Assembly: GCA_033762295.1 (NCBI GenBank)
Contig: JANRLW010000058.1
Coordinates: 1 to 61,821 of the forward strand
Reading direction: 5' to 3'
Source of the DNA: Capsulimonadales bacterium
GTDB lineage: Bacteria; Armatimonadota; Armatimonadia; Armatimonadales; Armatimonadaceae
Length of the DNA: 61,821 bases
The notes beneath the pieces are model-generated. The model searched no databases and was not told the DNA's origin. It saw only the letters and a program-made list of their open reading frames with translations. The translations under genes were made by a program, and so were the position numbers. Every line of letters starts with the position of its first letter. Position 1 is the stretch's first letter. This document shows positions 31,433 through 41,661 of the stretch, piece by piece.

Positions 31433-32494
31433 TTATGGTCGGTTGGTCGAGGCCAGGTGCGGCGACGTTCGGTAGTGTTCGGCCAGCAGATCGACGCCGA
31501 AATCGCCGTTGAAATCGCGCCAGACGGTATGGATATGGTTGGCGTCGTTCTGGGTGTTGTCGAACTCGATCAGGAAGGTCGGCCCCTGAATGCGATAATA
31601 GTGTCCCTGACCCGGTTCGAGTCCTCCCATCCAGGCAAAGCGAACGCGATCCCAACCGGCCCTGTCCGCACGGTCCAGTCGCTGTTTGGCCCCTTCCGGT
31701 GTCCGGATCGACGCATGCCGGGCAACCAGTTCCCGCAGAATCCGCCGCTGAACCGGGGTCAGATCGGCGAAGGCGACTCCCCGGTCCTCCTGTCGCGCGG
31801 CCCGACGGGCGTTCCCGGTCAGGATATCCGCCGGAGCGTTCGCGGACAGTATGGCTTGCCGACGGTGGGGTTCGCTCAGGGAACGGAGCAGGTCGTACGC
31901 CAGGTCCTCCTCGCGCGCGAGCAGTCGGGTTCCCTTCATCGGTCCTTCCCGTACCTCCGCCGGGTTCGCCCCGACGAACTGCGGCGTATCGGCGATCACC
32001 TTGCCGTCGCGCACGGTCCACTGCAGCGAGATATGATGTCCCTCGTACCGCCATGCCCAGAGTCCGCGATCCGACGGTTCGCCGAAGACGGTGACGAAAT
32101 AGAGATCGGGATCACGGGTCGGGCCGGTCCCCCGTTCGAGGGCGTGCAGTACGTCCTCCAGTTGTCGGATCGTCTCCAGGCGTTTCACCCCGTCCGCACT
32201 GAGTCCGGCCCGGAGCAGGTTCCAGGCGGATTTTTGCTCCTCCGCAGTCATCTCCTTGAAGCAGAGGCCGTTGCGCGACTTCGGGACGAAATGCCAGTTG
32301 AACCGCTCCTCGCTGGCGAACGGAAAGCGTACTTTCGTTGCCTTCTCCGGAGGGAGGACGGCCAGAAAGGCGCGGGCCGCGCGGGTGGCCGCGCTTTCGC
32401 GGCGCGCGGCGTGCAGGGCAAGGCCGACGACGCTTCCCAGAAGGACGGCGGCGGCGGCGTACCGAAGGGGATTTTGTTTCACGGGCTCAAGCAT
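31433..32494 (-). CDS. DUF3500 family protein
   Basis: WRYEGHHIS, TPQFVGANP, YYRIQGP..LIEFDN, NHIHTVWRD..DFG. Confidence 0.88.
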   Translation of the reverse strand: MLEPVKQNPLRYAAAAVLLGSVVGLALHAARRESAATRAARAFLAVLPPEKATKVRFPFASEERFNWHFVPKSRNGLCFKEMTAEEQKSAWNLLRAGLSADGVKRLETIRQLEDVLHALERGTGPTRDPDLYFVTVFGEPSDRGLWAWRYEGHHISLQWTVRDGKVIADTPQFVGANPAEVREGPMKGTRLLAREEDLAYDLLRSLSEPHRRQAILSANAPADILTGNARRAARQEDRGVAFADLTPVQRRILRELVARHASIRTPEGAKQRLDRADRAGWDRVRFAWMGGLEPGQGHYYRIQGPTFLIEFDNTQNDANHIHTVWRDFNGDFGVDLLAEHYRTSPHLASTNRP

Positions 32495-32553
32495 TCGTCC
32501 CCGCACGCCCGGTTTCCTTTGTCCTGCGGGGCGGGGTTCGATCCCCCGCCCCG

Positions 32554-32587
32554 CCCGTCGGGGTCAACGCCCCGTCGGGGTCAACGC
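32554..32587. repeat. Exact 17-bp tandem duplication spanning a stop codon, next to a G/C hairpin
   Basis: cccgtcggggtcaacgc x2; hairpin gcggggcgggg...ccccgccccgc at 32526-32554. Confidence 0.8.
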
Positions 32588-33246
32588 TTCGGCAAGTTCA
32601 GAAAGAACGGTCGGAGGGTGTCACGGACCGCGCCCGCCACCGAGTTGCGAATCAGGCGCGCGCCGCTGTCGAAACCGGGAAGCAGATTGCTGCGGGCCTG
32701 ACTCTCATGACGCACCGCGTTCAACAGAGGCTTTTCGTCCGCGACGCTGAGCACCCAGATTTTCGTTCGCGCCTTGCCGACCATCTCCTCGCCGGTCAAC
32801 GGTGCCCGTACCCGCCGCTGGTCGACATCCGTAATCAGGACGAAGACGGCGAGGTCCGCCCCCGTCGCCCTGCCGACCTTCAAAATCGAGGAACGGTTAT
32901 GGTACTCCTCATCGGTCAGGTCGATCCGTTCATCCGTCAGCGCCTTATCGACCGTCTCTCGCGGGATCAGCATGAACCCGCGTTCGCGGAACTGTTTCGC
33001 CAGTTCCTCCTCGGCGCGTTTGACCTGATCCGCCTTCTGTTTGTCGTCCTTTTCCCCGCTGATGTTAATGACGGGCAAAAGAACCACTTTGCTGCCCGCA
33101 GTTGCCTGGGCGGTCGGAGCCGGAGCGGCGTCCTGAGCGTACGCCACCGTGGACCACGGGGCCGAAGCCGATAAAAGAGCCGTCGAAAAGACGACGGAAG
33201 CAGCCGGGAGGAATCGTTTCAATCGGTTGGTTTTCAAGCGTTTCAT
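32581..33246 (-). CDS. Secreted hypothetical protein (CsgG/TolB-N-like fold possible)
   Basis: Signal peptide ending AYA; KVVLLPVINISG and VGRATGAD patterns. Confidence 0.65.
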   Translation of the reverse strand: MKRLKTNRLKRFLPAASVVFSTALLSASAPWSTVAYAQDAAPAPTAQATAGSKVVLLPVINISGEKDDKQKADQVKRAEEELAKQFRERGFMLIPRETVDKALTDERIDLTDEEYHNRSSILKVGRATGADLAVFVLITDVDQRRVRAPLTGEEMVGKARTKIWVLSVADEKPLLNAVRHESQARSNLLPGFDSGARLIRNSVAGAVRDTLRPFFLNLPKR

Positions 33247-33393
33247 GCTTCCATTCTAACGGTTGTCATTTCTTTGGACATCGGACCGCGGACGGAGTTG
33301 CGCCCGGTCGAACGACCGATTCGTTTGGCTTGTCGGCAGGAACTCCTCCCCGGTCGGGTACACTGTGGGCAGTCGGTTTGAAGGAGAAGACGA

Positions 33394-34050
33394 ATGAAGT
33401 TCTTTATTGATTCGGCGAACCTGGACGAGATTCGAAAAGTGGCGGAGATGGGCCTGGTCGACGGCGTCACGACCAACCCGTCTCTCCTGGCGAAAGAGGG
33501 CAAAGGCTTCAAGACCACCATTCAGGAGATCTGCTCGATCGTCGATGGACCGGTGTCCGCCGAGGTCGTCACCTCCGATAATGCGGAGGAGATGCTGAAG
33601 GAGGCGCATATCGTCTCGTCCTGGCATCCGAACGTGGTCGTCAAAATCCCCTTCGGTCCCGAAGGCATGAAGGTTGTCAAGAAACTGTCGGCGGAAGGCA
33701 TTCGCACCAATGTCACCGTGCTGTTCACCGTCACGCAGGCCCTGATCGCGGCCAAGGCCGGCGCGACGTTCCTTTCCAACTTCGTGGGCCGGGTCGATGA
33801 TATCTCCGGCGAGGGAATGGTCGCCGTCCGCGACACCGTGGATATGGTCGATGTATACGACTTCAAAAGCGAGGTGCTGGTCGCGTCCGTCCGGTCGCCG
33901 CAGCATATCGTCGAGGCGGTTCGCGCGGGCGCGCATATCGCCACCATCCCGTTCAAGGTGCTCGAGATGATGTACAAGCATCCTCTGACCACCTCCGGTA
34001 TCGCCACCTTTACCGAGGACTGGAAGAAATCCGGTCTGTCGTTCGACTGA
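33394..34050 (+). CDS. tal: Transaldolase (small TalC/Fsa family)
   Basis: GVTTNPSL, SAEV, VVKIP Schiff-base Lys, HPLT; AGGAG SD. Confidence 0.93.
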   Translation: MKFFIDSANLDEIRKVAEMGLVDGVTTNPSLLAKEGKGFKTTIQEICSIVDGPVSAEVVTSDNAEEMLKEAHIVSSWHPNVVVKIPFGPEGMKVVKKLSAEGIRTNVTVLFTVTQALIAAKAGATFLSNFVGRVDDISGEGMVAVRDTVDMVDVYDFKSEVLVASVRSPQHIVEAVRAGAHIATIPFKVLEMMYKHPLTTSGIATFTEDWKKSGLSFD

Positions 34051-34059
34051 CCGCCCGCC

Positions 34060-34087
34060 ATCGGGGCGCGACCGATCGCGCCCCGAT
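34060..34087 (+). terminator. Hairpin after transaldolase
   Basis: atcggggcgcga-ccga-tcgcgccccgat. Confidence 0.6.
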
Positions 34088-34121
34088 TCGGCTCCTATTC
34101 GGACCTTATTCCGACTCCACG

Positions 34122-35507
34122 ATGCGTAACGATCCCTGGTCCATCACCTTCGGCGATTACGAATGGATCGTCGACCGACGCACCCTTACCTTCCGGTTGA
34201 CCGAAACGAAGACCGGGACCCTCTGGGCGGACGGCCTTTCCCTCGGATGGATCGAGATCGAACACCGGGAGACCGGCGGTCTTTCCCGGCATGATTTCGG
34301 TTCGCTGCGTGCGGTCTCCGTCTCGGAGAAGGCCGGACCGCAGGGGAAACGTATCCTGTTCGGGTTGGATATCGAAGGCATCCCGGTCGACCTCTATCTG
34401 ATCTGCTCCCTCCGCGAAATCCAACTCCAGGTCGAATCCAATCGGGACAGCCGGACGCATCGCGTGTGTGGCTTCGGCCTCGTTCCCGGCCTCTGTTCGG
34501 TTCCCGATGCCCCCTCGGCGGCACTGGTCCTCCCCTCCGGCGCGGGCGCTCTCATTGCCGCGCGGGAAGCGCCGGAAACGCCGCTCCCCCTGCCGATCTG
34601 GGACTGTCGACGGGGCATAAACATGCCGTTCGTCGGCGCGGTTCGGAGTTCGGCCGCCCTGCGACGCTCCACCGCGCTCGCTCTCCTCACCGATTCCGCC
34701 TACGGGTCCTTCGTGCTGCAACGCGCGGGCGACGGAGCGGTCCTGAACCCCGAATACGCACGTGACCCGGAACGGCGACGCCTGGACCTTCGTCTCGTTC
34801 CCCTTCCCGACGGCGACGCTCCGGCCATCGCCCGCCTCTACCGCGAGAAGCTCATCGGTGAGAACGCCCATGTCACTCTCCGGAAAAAGATGCGGCAAAA
34901 GCCCGGACTGGCGCAATATTCGGAACGTCCCAACACCGGGGAGCCGGATTCCGTTCGGATGGAGACGCGCGATCTGACATCCGGCGATCCCGGTGAGAGC
35001 CGCTGGGAGGTCATGGACCGGCTTCTGGCCGATGCCGGACGGGCTTCGGCGACGGGAGCGGTCGTCTCGTCGGTCGGCGGCGGCGACTGGGCCAACCTCG
35101 CAGCGGACCAGGTTCGCTTGTCGTCCGGCCCGTTCCCGCGCCGCGTCCCGCTGTACGATATCGTCTATCGCGATGCCGTTCTGCTCCGGACCGACGGCGA
35201 CATACCGGACCGGATCGCCGATACCGTGCTTTTCCTGAGACCGCCCGACACGGAGACGCCGGAACCGGTGGCGGCCCTCTACCCCCGCCATTTCGCCGCC
35301 CTTCTGCTGGAGCATCATCGGCTGACACCGGACGGTCGCGTCGAGGAAACGCTCTTTTCCGACCGTACCCGGGTAATGGTCAACCGGAGGGATACCGAAC
35401 CGTACGAACAGGGCGACGTCCTTCTCCCGCCGCGCGGTTTTCTGATCCTCACCACGGACGGGGAGATACGGGGAACGCTCCCTCGCTTTTCCTCCGAACG
35501 CAACTAA
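34122..35507 (+). CDS. DUF5696/GH129-like protein, apparently internally shortened
   Basis: MPFVG, IARLYRE, TLRKK, VPLYDIVYRD, HHRLT.D..V..T.FSD.T.V.VN. Confidence 0.55.
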   Translation: MRNDPWSITFGDYEWIVDRRTLTFRLTETKTGTLWADGLSLGWIEIEHRETGGLSRHDFGSLRAVSVSEKAGPQGKRILFGLDIEGIPVDLYLICSLREIQLQVESNRDSRTHRVCGFGLVPGLCSVPDAPSAALVLPSGAGALIAAREAPETPLPLPIWDCRRGINMPFVGAVRSSAALRRSTALALLTDSAYGSFVLQRAGDGAVLNPEYARDPERRRLDLRLVPLPDGDAPAIARLYREKLIGENAHVTLRKKMRQKPGLAQYSERPNTGEPDSVRMETRDLTSGDPGESRWEVMDRLLADAGRASATGAVVSSVGGGDWANLAADQVRLSSGPFPRRVPLYDIVYRDAVLLRTDGDIPDRIADTVLFLRPPDTETPEPVAALYPRHFAALLLEHHRLTPDGRVEETLFSDRTRVMVNRRDTEPYEQGDVLLPPRGFLILTTDGEIRGTLPRFSSERN

Positions 35508-35550
35508 TCCCTGCCGCCATACGTTACAATACTCGGAGACACTCCGAATT

Positions 35551-36777
35551 ATGGCGATCTTCCGATACGAAGTACAGGATAAATCCGGCAAAACGGTACG
35601 CGGCGCGATGGACGCCCCCTCCGCCCAGGAAGTGGAGATGCGACTCTGGGAGAAGGGCTTCCGATCCGTTCGCGTGCAAAGCGATGCCGGGTCGAACGTG
35701 GCCGTCTCGTCGGCGGTCGTCCCCGCCGCTCCCTCCGTTCCCTACCGGCGCAACGCCTTTTCGCTGACGACTCCCTCTCCGAGCGATTCCGCTCTGTTCT
35801 TCCGCCAGATGGCCTCGCTGCTCCATGCCGGCTTCTCGATCAGCACCGCTCTGGACGACCTGGGATTACGGACCACCAACCGGGCCATTCGAAACGCGGC
35901 CAGGCAACTGGCGGCGGCGACGGCGGGCGGGGCCTCGCTGGCGCAGGAGATGGGCAGGCATCCCACCGTGTTCGCGCCGCATGTGGTCGGACTGGTCGCG
36001 GCGGGTGAGGCCGGCGGTTTCCTGGAGTTCGCTTTTGAGGAGGCGGCGCTCAACGCCGAACTGGACGCCGCTCTCCGACAGGGACAGTGGCTTCCCCGGT
36101 TTCTTTTCTGGCAGGCCATCTGGTCGGTTTTGCTCTTCGCTCCGCTCTTTCCCTCGATCGATTTCGAGAACCTTGCGCGCAGCATCGGCAATTATGCCCG
36201 TACGGTGCTCTTTCTCTGCCTCCCGATTGGGGTGCTGATGCATGCCGTCGCGGAACTCGTCGGGCGTTTACGACATCAACCTTTTGCACGGGATTTCTTC
36301 GATCGGGTTTCGCTGAACGTTCCGATAATGGCTCGGCTGGCCCACAGGCGCGCACTGGCGGCGTTCACGCGCGTACTGCGCCGTCTGCTGATGGCCGGTA
36401 TCGCCGCCCCGGTCGCCTACGCGGGCGCGGTCGAAGCCGTTCCGAACGCCGCCCTGCGCGAGCGTCTGCGGCGGGGCCTGCCGGTCGTCCAGTCCGGGAA
36501 CGGGCTCGATGCCGCAATCCAGGCCACGGGGATGTTCGGCGGCGATCCGATTCAGCTGCTCGTGACCGGCCAGAAGACCGGGCAGTTCGTCGAAATGCTG
36601 GACCGGGTGACAACGTACTATCAGGAAGAGGCGCAGCGGGCGACGGATGGCGCGAAAGACGCTCAGAAACGGGCCGGTATTTTGATCACCCTTCTTTCCG
36701 TCGGCTATGTTACGGTGGCGACGGTCTACGGCCTGTCGACGATCGGCTTTCGCTTGACGGAAAACTGGACGAATTAA
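35551..36777 (+). CDS. pilC: Type II secretion/type IV pilus platform protein (PilC/GspF)
   Basis: FRYEVQD..G, FFRQMASLL.AG, AGEAGG.L, TGQKTG...EMLDRV..YY. Confidence 0.88.
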   Translation: MAIFRYEVQDKSGKTVRGAMDAPSAQEVEMRLWEKGFRSVRVQSDAGSNVAVSSAVVPAAPSVPYRRNAFSLTTPSPSDSALFFRQMASLLHAGFSISTALDDLGLRTTNRAIRNAARQLAAATAGGASLAQEMGRHPTVFAPHVVGLVAAGEAGGFLEFAFEEAALNAELDAALRQGQWLPRFLFWQAIWSVLLFAPLFPSIDFENLARSIGNYARTVLFLCLPIGVLMHAVAELVGRLRHQPFARDFFDRVSLNVPIMARLAHRRALAAFTRVLRRLLMAGIAAPVAYAGAVEAVPNAALRERLRRGLPVVQSGNGLDAAIQATGMFGGDPIQLLVTGQKTGQFVEMLDRVTTYYQEEAQRATDGAKDAQKRAGILITLLSVGYVTVATVYGLSTIGFRLTENWTN

Positions 36778-36792
36778 GAAATCGAGAAACGC

Positions 36793-38061
36793 ATGGCGAC
36801 GTATAACTATCAGGCGGAAGATGATCGGGGGAATGTTGTTTCGGGGCTGATCGACGCCACCGACGACAAAAGCGCGGCCCTCGCGATCCGGGACCAGGGT
36901 CTGCATCCGGTGCGGGTCCGTCCGCAGATGCTACTGGAGAACATCAACGGGGCGGAGACCGCCGCCCGGCCGGTGGAGACGTTCGAGACCCACGGAACGG
37001 CCACGCTCGCGCCCGCTTCCGACAATCCGATGTTCGCGCCGGTCGGCCAGCAGAGCCGGGTCGAACTTGCGCCGTTTTTGAACGCCGTGCCCCTGTCGGA
37101 CCTTGCGATCATGTACCGGCAGCTGGCGACCCTGCTCGGCGCGGGCGTTCCTCTCGGTCAGTCGCTGGTCGCCCTGGCCGAACAGACCCGCAATTCCCGG
37201 CTGAACGCCATCCTCCGCGAGATGATTACCATGGTGGCCGCCGGCAGCCCGCTGACAAAGGTCATGGAGCGGTACCCGTCGGTGTTTTCCACGCTCCAGG
37301 TCGAGATGCTCCGGGCGGCGGAAACTTCCGGTCTGATGGAAGTGATGTGCCACCGGTTGGCCGACTATCTGGAACGCGAGATCGAAACGAAGCGCAAGAT
37401 ACAGCGGGAGACGCTCTACCCGAAAATCGTCCTGTTCGTGGCCGGGTGCGTGATTCTGCTCCTTGCCTTCCTGAAATCCGGCGCGGAAGGCCCGATCGGT
37501 CATCTGAAGTTTGCGGCGGGCGTCGGCCTGACCGGGTTCGGCATCTGGTGGTTCATGAAATACGCCAACCAGTATCCGCAGTTCGGGGCGGCCTGGGACA
37601 ATATCCGCCTCCTGATTCCCGGCACCGGGGGAATCGCCCGTCGGTACGCCACCGCCCGTTTCACCCGTGCGCTGGCCGCGCTCTACGGCGGCGGCGTTCT
37701 GATTACCAGTGCGGTCGCAATCGCCGCACGGGCCTGCGGTAACCGGGCGATCGGTCAGACCATGCTGGACAACGTCCATCGGCTCAACAACGGCGAGGGA
37801 ATCAGCGGGATGCTGGCCGCGTCCGGCCTTCTGTCGCCGATCGCCGTCCGGATGGCGCAGACCGGCGAGCAGACCGGCAGCCTCGATGCCATGATGGATA
37901 AGGTGGCCGACTACCTCGAGTCCGAAGCGGATACGAAAGCGCACCAGTTCGCCGTCATCACCGGGGTGGTCGCTCTGCTGATCGCGGCGCTGGTCGTGCT
38001 GTATATCGCCGTCACCTTCTACACCGGGCAGTTCGGCGACGCGTTCAAGGCCGTCAGTTAG
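36793..38061 (+). CDS. pilC: Second PilC/GspF family protein
   Basis: RQLATLLGAGVPL, AAETSG, YP, GEQTGSLDAMMDKVADY. Confidence 0.9.
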   Translation: MATYNYQAEDDRGNVVSGLIDATDDKSAALAIRDQGLHPVRVRPQMLLENINGAETAARPVETFETHGTATLAPASDNPMFAPVGQQSRVELAPFLNAVPLSDLAIMYRQLATLLGAGVPLGQSLVALAEQTRNSRLNAILREMITMVAAGSPLTKVMERYPSVFSTLQVEMLRAAETSGLMEVMCHRLADYLEREIETKRKIQRETLYPKIVLFVAGCVILLLAFLKSGAEGPIGHLKFAAGVGLTGFGIWWFMKYANQYPQFGAAWDNIRLLIPGTGGIARRYATARFTRALAALYGGGVLITSAVAIAARACGNRAIGQTMLDNVHRLNNGEGISGMLAASGLLSPIAVRMAQTGEQTGSLDAMMDKVADYLESEADTKAHQFAVITGVVALLIAALVVLYIAVTFYTGQFGDAFKAVS

Positions 38062-38103
38062 AAACAGGCAAACCCTCGACTTCCTACGGTAGAATGAATC
38101 GTT

Positions 38104-39405
38104 ATGCCGGAAACGCCGGAGAAGAATGCATATGAGGTGTTGGGGGTCGCGCGCACCGCGTCGCTCGACGATATCAAGAAACGGTATCGGGAGCTGGCGC
38201 GGCAGCACCACCCGGACGTCAACCAGGGGAACCCGACGGCCGCCAAAACCTTCGCCCTGGTAACGAACGCCTATAAAACCCTGTCCGATTCCGGCAGTCG
38301 CGCCACGTATGATGCCGAACTGACGCTTCAGGAAAAACGCCGGAGCGAGGCGGCGAAGCGATCCGCCGCGCCGACGACCGGTGCGTCCGGCCCGACCGCT
38401 TCGACCGTCCGTCCTCCGGCGGCGTCGGCGGCCGAGAATGCCCAGCGCAATCAGGCCGCTTCCCAGCGCAGCGTGACCGAGGCTCAGGCCGCGTTCGCCC
38501 GCGGCCGCTTCGTCGAGGCCCGCTCCCACGCCGAACAGGCATTGCGCCTGAATCGCCGCAACGATAAAGCCTACGAGGTTCTCGGCGATGTCTTCGCGCG
38601 TCAGGGCAAAACCGATGAAGCCATCAATATGTATTCGATGGCGTTGCAGTTAAACCCGCGCAACCCGCCGTTGATGCAGCGATTGGAGCGTCTGACGCGC
38701 ACGACGGGCAGCGGACCCGGCCCGAACGCGCAACGGGTCTTCTTCGACAATAGCCCCGGCCCGGCTCCGCGTCCGCAGGCCACGCCCGGTCGGCCGCCCG
38801 TTTCGCCGCCCATCGGCCGCGTGAACCCCGCGCCGTCGGCCTATCGTTCCCCGGTCACCGCGTCCGGGATGCCGCGCCGCGACCTCGGGATCATCACGGT
38901 CGGGTTCATCGGCTATACCGGCGTGCTTCTGACGGTCATCTATACCGCCCTGTTTCCCGGCGCCGCGCCGGTCGCCGGCAGTTTTTTGCCGATGGTGTCG
39001 TCGTGGAACGGCACGATCTGGACGGTGCTGCCGTTGTCCGGAATGATGCTCGGTTTCACCATGACCCTTACCGGGGCGATTCGCCGACTCGAAGATGAGC
39101 TGGTCTTCAACGGCGTTCCGTCCGGCGGCGGCGCGGTCCTGCCGATGGGTCTGCTCGTCATCGTTCTGGCGGCCATCAACTTCTATATCGCTGCAATCGT
39201 CTACTCCATCGTCGGTCTGCTGCAGGAGTCGTTCACCAAAAGCATGGCGCGGGTTCTCGGCGCGGTGCTGATTCTGGTAACGATTCTGGCCCTGGTCTAC
39301 TCGCCGGGCGCGATGCAGGTCTTCGTCTGGGGCGGCAATGTCGTCTTCCTTTGCTTCGTGATCGGCTGGCTGATCGGCGACGTCTTCCGCCCGGAAAGCG
39401 TCTGA
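38104..39405 (+). CDS. J-domain + TPR + multi-pass membrane protein
   Basis: YEVLGV...HHPD; TPRs; Pro-rich linker; about 6 C-terminal hydrophobic helices. Confidence 0.85.
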   Translation: MPETPEKNAYEVLGVARTASLDDIKKRYRELARQHHPDVNQGNPTAAKTFALVTNAYKTLSDSGSRATYDAELTLQEKRRSEAAKRSAAPTTGASGPTASTVRPPAASAAENAQRNQAASQRSVTEAQAAFARGRFVEARSHAEQALRLNRRNDKAYEVLGDVFARQGKTDEAINMYSMALQLNPRNPPLMQRLERLTRTTGSGPGPNAQRVFFDNSPGPAPRPQATPGRPPVSPPIGRVNPAPSAYRSPVTASGMPRRDLGIITVGFIGYTGVLLTVIYTALFPGAAPVAGSFLPMVSSWNGTIWTVLPLSGMMLGFTMTLTGAIRRLEDELVFNGVPSGGGAVLPMGLLVIVLAAINFYIAAIVYSIVGLLQESFTKSMARVLGAVLILVTILALVYSPGAMQVFVWGGNVVFLCFVIGWLIGDVFRPESV

Positions 39406-39412
39406 TCCGTCG

Positions 39413-40903
39413 CTAGTCCTTCCTCCCGACCGACGGACTTTCGTACGGAATCCATACCGACACCGATCCGCCACGGCATGGAAAATCCGCCTTCCCCTCG
39501 CCGTCCGTGACGATACGCTCTTCGCAGTGTCCGGTCAGATCACAGAACACGGTGTCGGGGCGATCGACAGACATCGTCTTGAAACCGTCGTCGCCGTTCG
39601 ACATGACCACGGCCATCGCGCCCGGATGCTCCGAATCGCCCAAACGCACCCAGCCGATACAGGTCGGGTGGTCCGTATAATCCCTCTGTTCTCCATACGC
39701 AAACTCCCGCCGCGCTTTCAAAAACCGATCGATCAGAAACCGGTGGGACGGCATTTCCACCTCAATATCCCCCTCTCGATACCGTGCGCCATAGTAGTCG
39801 GCGTAGAAGATACAGGGATATCCGGATTCCCGCAGCAGAATCAGCGCGTACGCCAGCGGCTTGAACCAGTCCTCGACCGGCGATTCGAGCGACTGACACC
39901 GCTGTGTGTCGTGGTTCTCCACGAACGTCACGGCCTGCATCGGGCGGGTCCGAACCAGCGTCCCGTCAAAGATCTCATTCAAAGGAAAATCCCGACCTTC
40001 GCGGCTGGCCCGGTGGAAACGGAAGTGCAGAGGAACGTCGAACAGGGACAACGGGGCGGCGAAAGTGTCCAGGTAGCGGTTCAGTTCCTCCAGGTCTCCC
40101 GACCAGTACTCGCCGACCGTAAACAGGAACTGGTCCGGGAAGCGATCGCGCAGTTCCGCCAGCCACTCGCGGTAGAAACCGCAGGAGATATGCTTCAAGG
40201 CGTCCAGCCGCAGACCGTTGAAACCGGTCGTCTCGATGAACCATTTTCCCCAGCGTCGCAGTTCGTCGCGGACCTCCGGATGAGAGTGGTCGATGTCGCA
40301 ACCGAGCAGATAGTCGTGATTGCCGTACTCTCCGCAGACATCATCGGCAAACCGCTTCCCTTCGAGCAGAAGGATGTTTTCGCCTGCCTCCCGGCTCACT
40401 TCGCCGTTCACCGCGTTGAAGTGCCACCAGTTCCAGACCATCTCGCTGTATTTGCCTTTACGTCCGGGATAGCGAAAGACGGTCCATCCGCGAAAGGGGC
40501 GCGGTTCGCCCTGCGGTGTCCGGCGGTCGTCACAGGAGATCGGCTGCGCGATGAAATCCTCTTCCTCATCCGCTCCGATCAGGTGGTTCAAAACGATATC
40601 GGCGTAGGCGCTCATACCGGTGTCCCGAACCGCTCGGACCGCTTTTACGAGTTGCGAACGGGTGCCATATTTGGTGCGGACGCGGCCTTTTTGTTTGAAC
40701 TGCCCCAGATCGTAGAGATCGTAACTGCCGTAACCGACGTCGTTGACGCCGCCCAGTCCTTTATGGCAGGGCGGGAACCAGACGGCGGAGATACCGATCT
40801 GTGCCAGTTCCGGCGCGCGTACCGCGAGTTCGTTCCAGAAATTTCCTTCGTTGGAGATGTACCAGTGAAAGTATTGAAAGAGAACCGGCCCAGGAGCCGC
40901 CAT
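39413..40903 (-). CDS. amyA: Cytoplasmic alpha-amylase (GH13)
   Basis: FQYFHW, DVGY, RLDALKH, GEYW, VENHDTQ. Confidence 0.93.
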   Translation of the reverse strand: MAAPGPVLFQYFHWYISNEGNFWNELAVRAPELAQIGISAVWFPPCHKGLGGVNDVGYGSYDLYDLGQFKQKGRVRTKYGTRSQLVKAVRAVRDTGMSAYADIVLNHLIGADEEEDFIAQPISCDDRRTPQGEPRPFRGWTVFRYPGRKGKYSEMVWNWWHFNAVNGEVSREAGENILLLEGKRFADDVCGEYGNHDYLLGCDIDHSHPEVRDELRRWGKWFIETTGFNGLRLDALKHISCGFYREWLAELRDRFPDQFLFTVGEYWSGDLEELNRYLDTFAAPLSLFDVPLHFRFHRASREGRDFPLNEIFDGTLVRTRPMQAVTFVENHDTQRCQSLESPVEDWFKPLAYALILLRESGYPCIFYADYYGARYREGDIEVEMPSHRFLIDRFLKARREFAYGEQRDYTDHPTCIGWVRLGDSEHPGAMAVVMSNGDDGFKTMSVDRPDTVFCDLTGHCEERIVTDGEGKADFPCRGGSVSVWIPYESPSVGRKD

Positions 40904-40930
40904 ACACCGTCCCCGTTTCCAGCAGAATGT

Positions 40931-41593
40931 CTATTGCTGAACGGAGTTCGGTTGTTTTGTGTTCCGGCGGTGTTGAATGATTTCGAAAACGACCGGCATA
41001 AGGGAGAACAGGATGATCAACAGAACGAAAACTTCGAAATTCTTCTTGACGAACGGCAGTTGTCCCAGGAAAAATCCGGCGGTAACACAACTCCCGACCC
41101 AGAGTATCGCACCGCCGACGCTGTAGGCGAGGAATTGCGGGTACGGCATCCGTCCCATTCCGGCGACAAACGGCGCGAAGGTTCGAACAATCGGCACGAA
41201 ACGGGCCAGGATAATCGCTTTCCCGCCGTAACGAGCGAAAAACTCCTCGGTTCGGATCAGGTAATCCTTCCGAAGCAGGCGGGAATCCTCTCGAAAAAGT
41301 CGACGTCCGGCGACGCGTCCGAGCCAGTAGTTCAAATTGTCCCCGGTCAACGCGGCGATGAAAAAGAGGGGATAGAGATAGGCGACATTCAATTCTGCCT
41401 GCGGCCGGGCAGCGAATGCGCCGACCGCGAACAGCAGCGAGTCGCCCGGCAGGAACGGCGTCACCACGAGACCGGTTTCGGCAAAGACGATCGCGAACAG
41501 GATGCCGTAGGTCGCCGGGCCGTAATGGGCAACGGTGCCCTGAAGCCAGATATCGAAATGGGTAAAGAAGTCTTTTATCTGTTGGAGATCCAT
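40931..41593 (-). CDS. dedA: DedA family membrane protein
   Basis: ETGLVVTPFLPGDSLLF, ARFVPIVRTFAPFVAG. Confidence 0.95.
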   Translation of the reverse strand: MDLQQIKDFFTHFDIWLQGTVAHYGPATYGILFAIVFAETGLVVTPFLPGDSLLFAVGAFAARPQAELNVAYLYPLFFIAALTGDNLNYWLGRVAGRRLFREDSRLLRKDYLIRTEEFFARYGGKAIILARFVPIVRTFAPFVAGMGRMPYPQFLAYSVGGAILWVGSCVTAGFFLGQLPFVKKNFEVFVLLIILFSLMPVVFEIIQHRRNTKQPNSVQQ

Positions 41594-41661
41594 ATCGAAG
41601 GCAGTATACCGCACGAAACGTACCGCGGAGGGACCGGGCGCGGCGCGGGTATACTGCCTCC

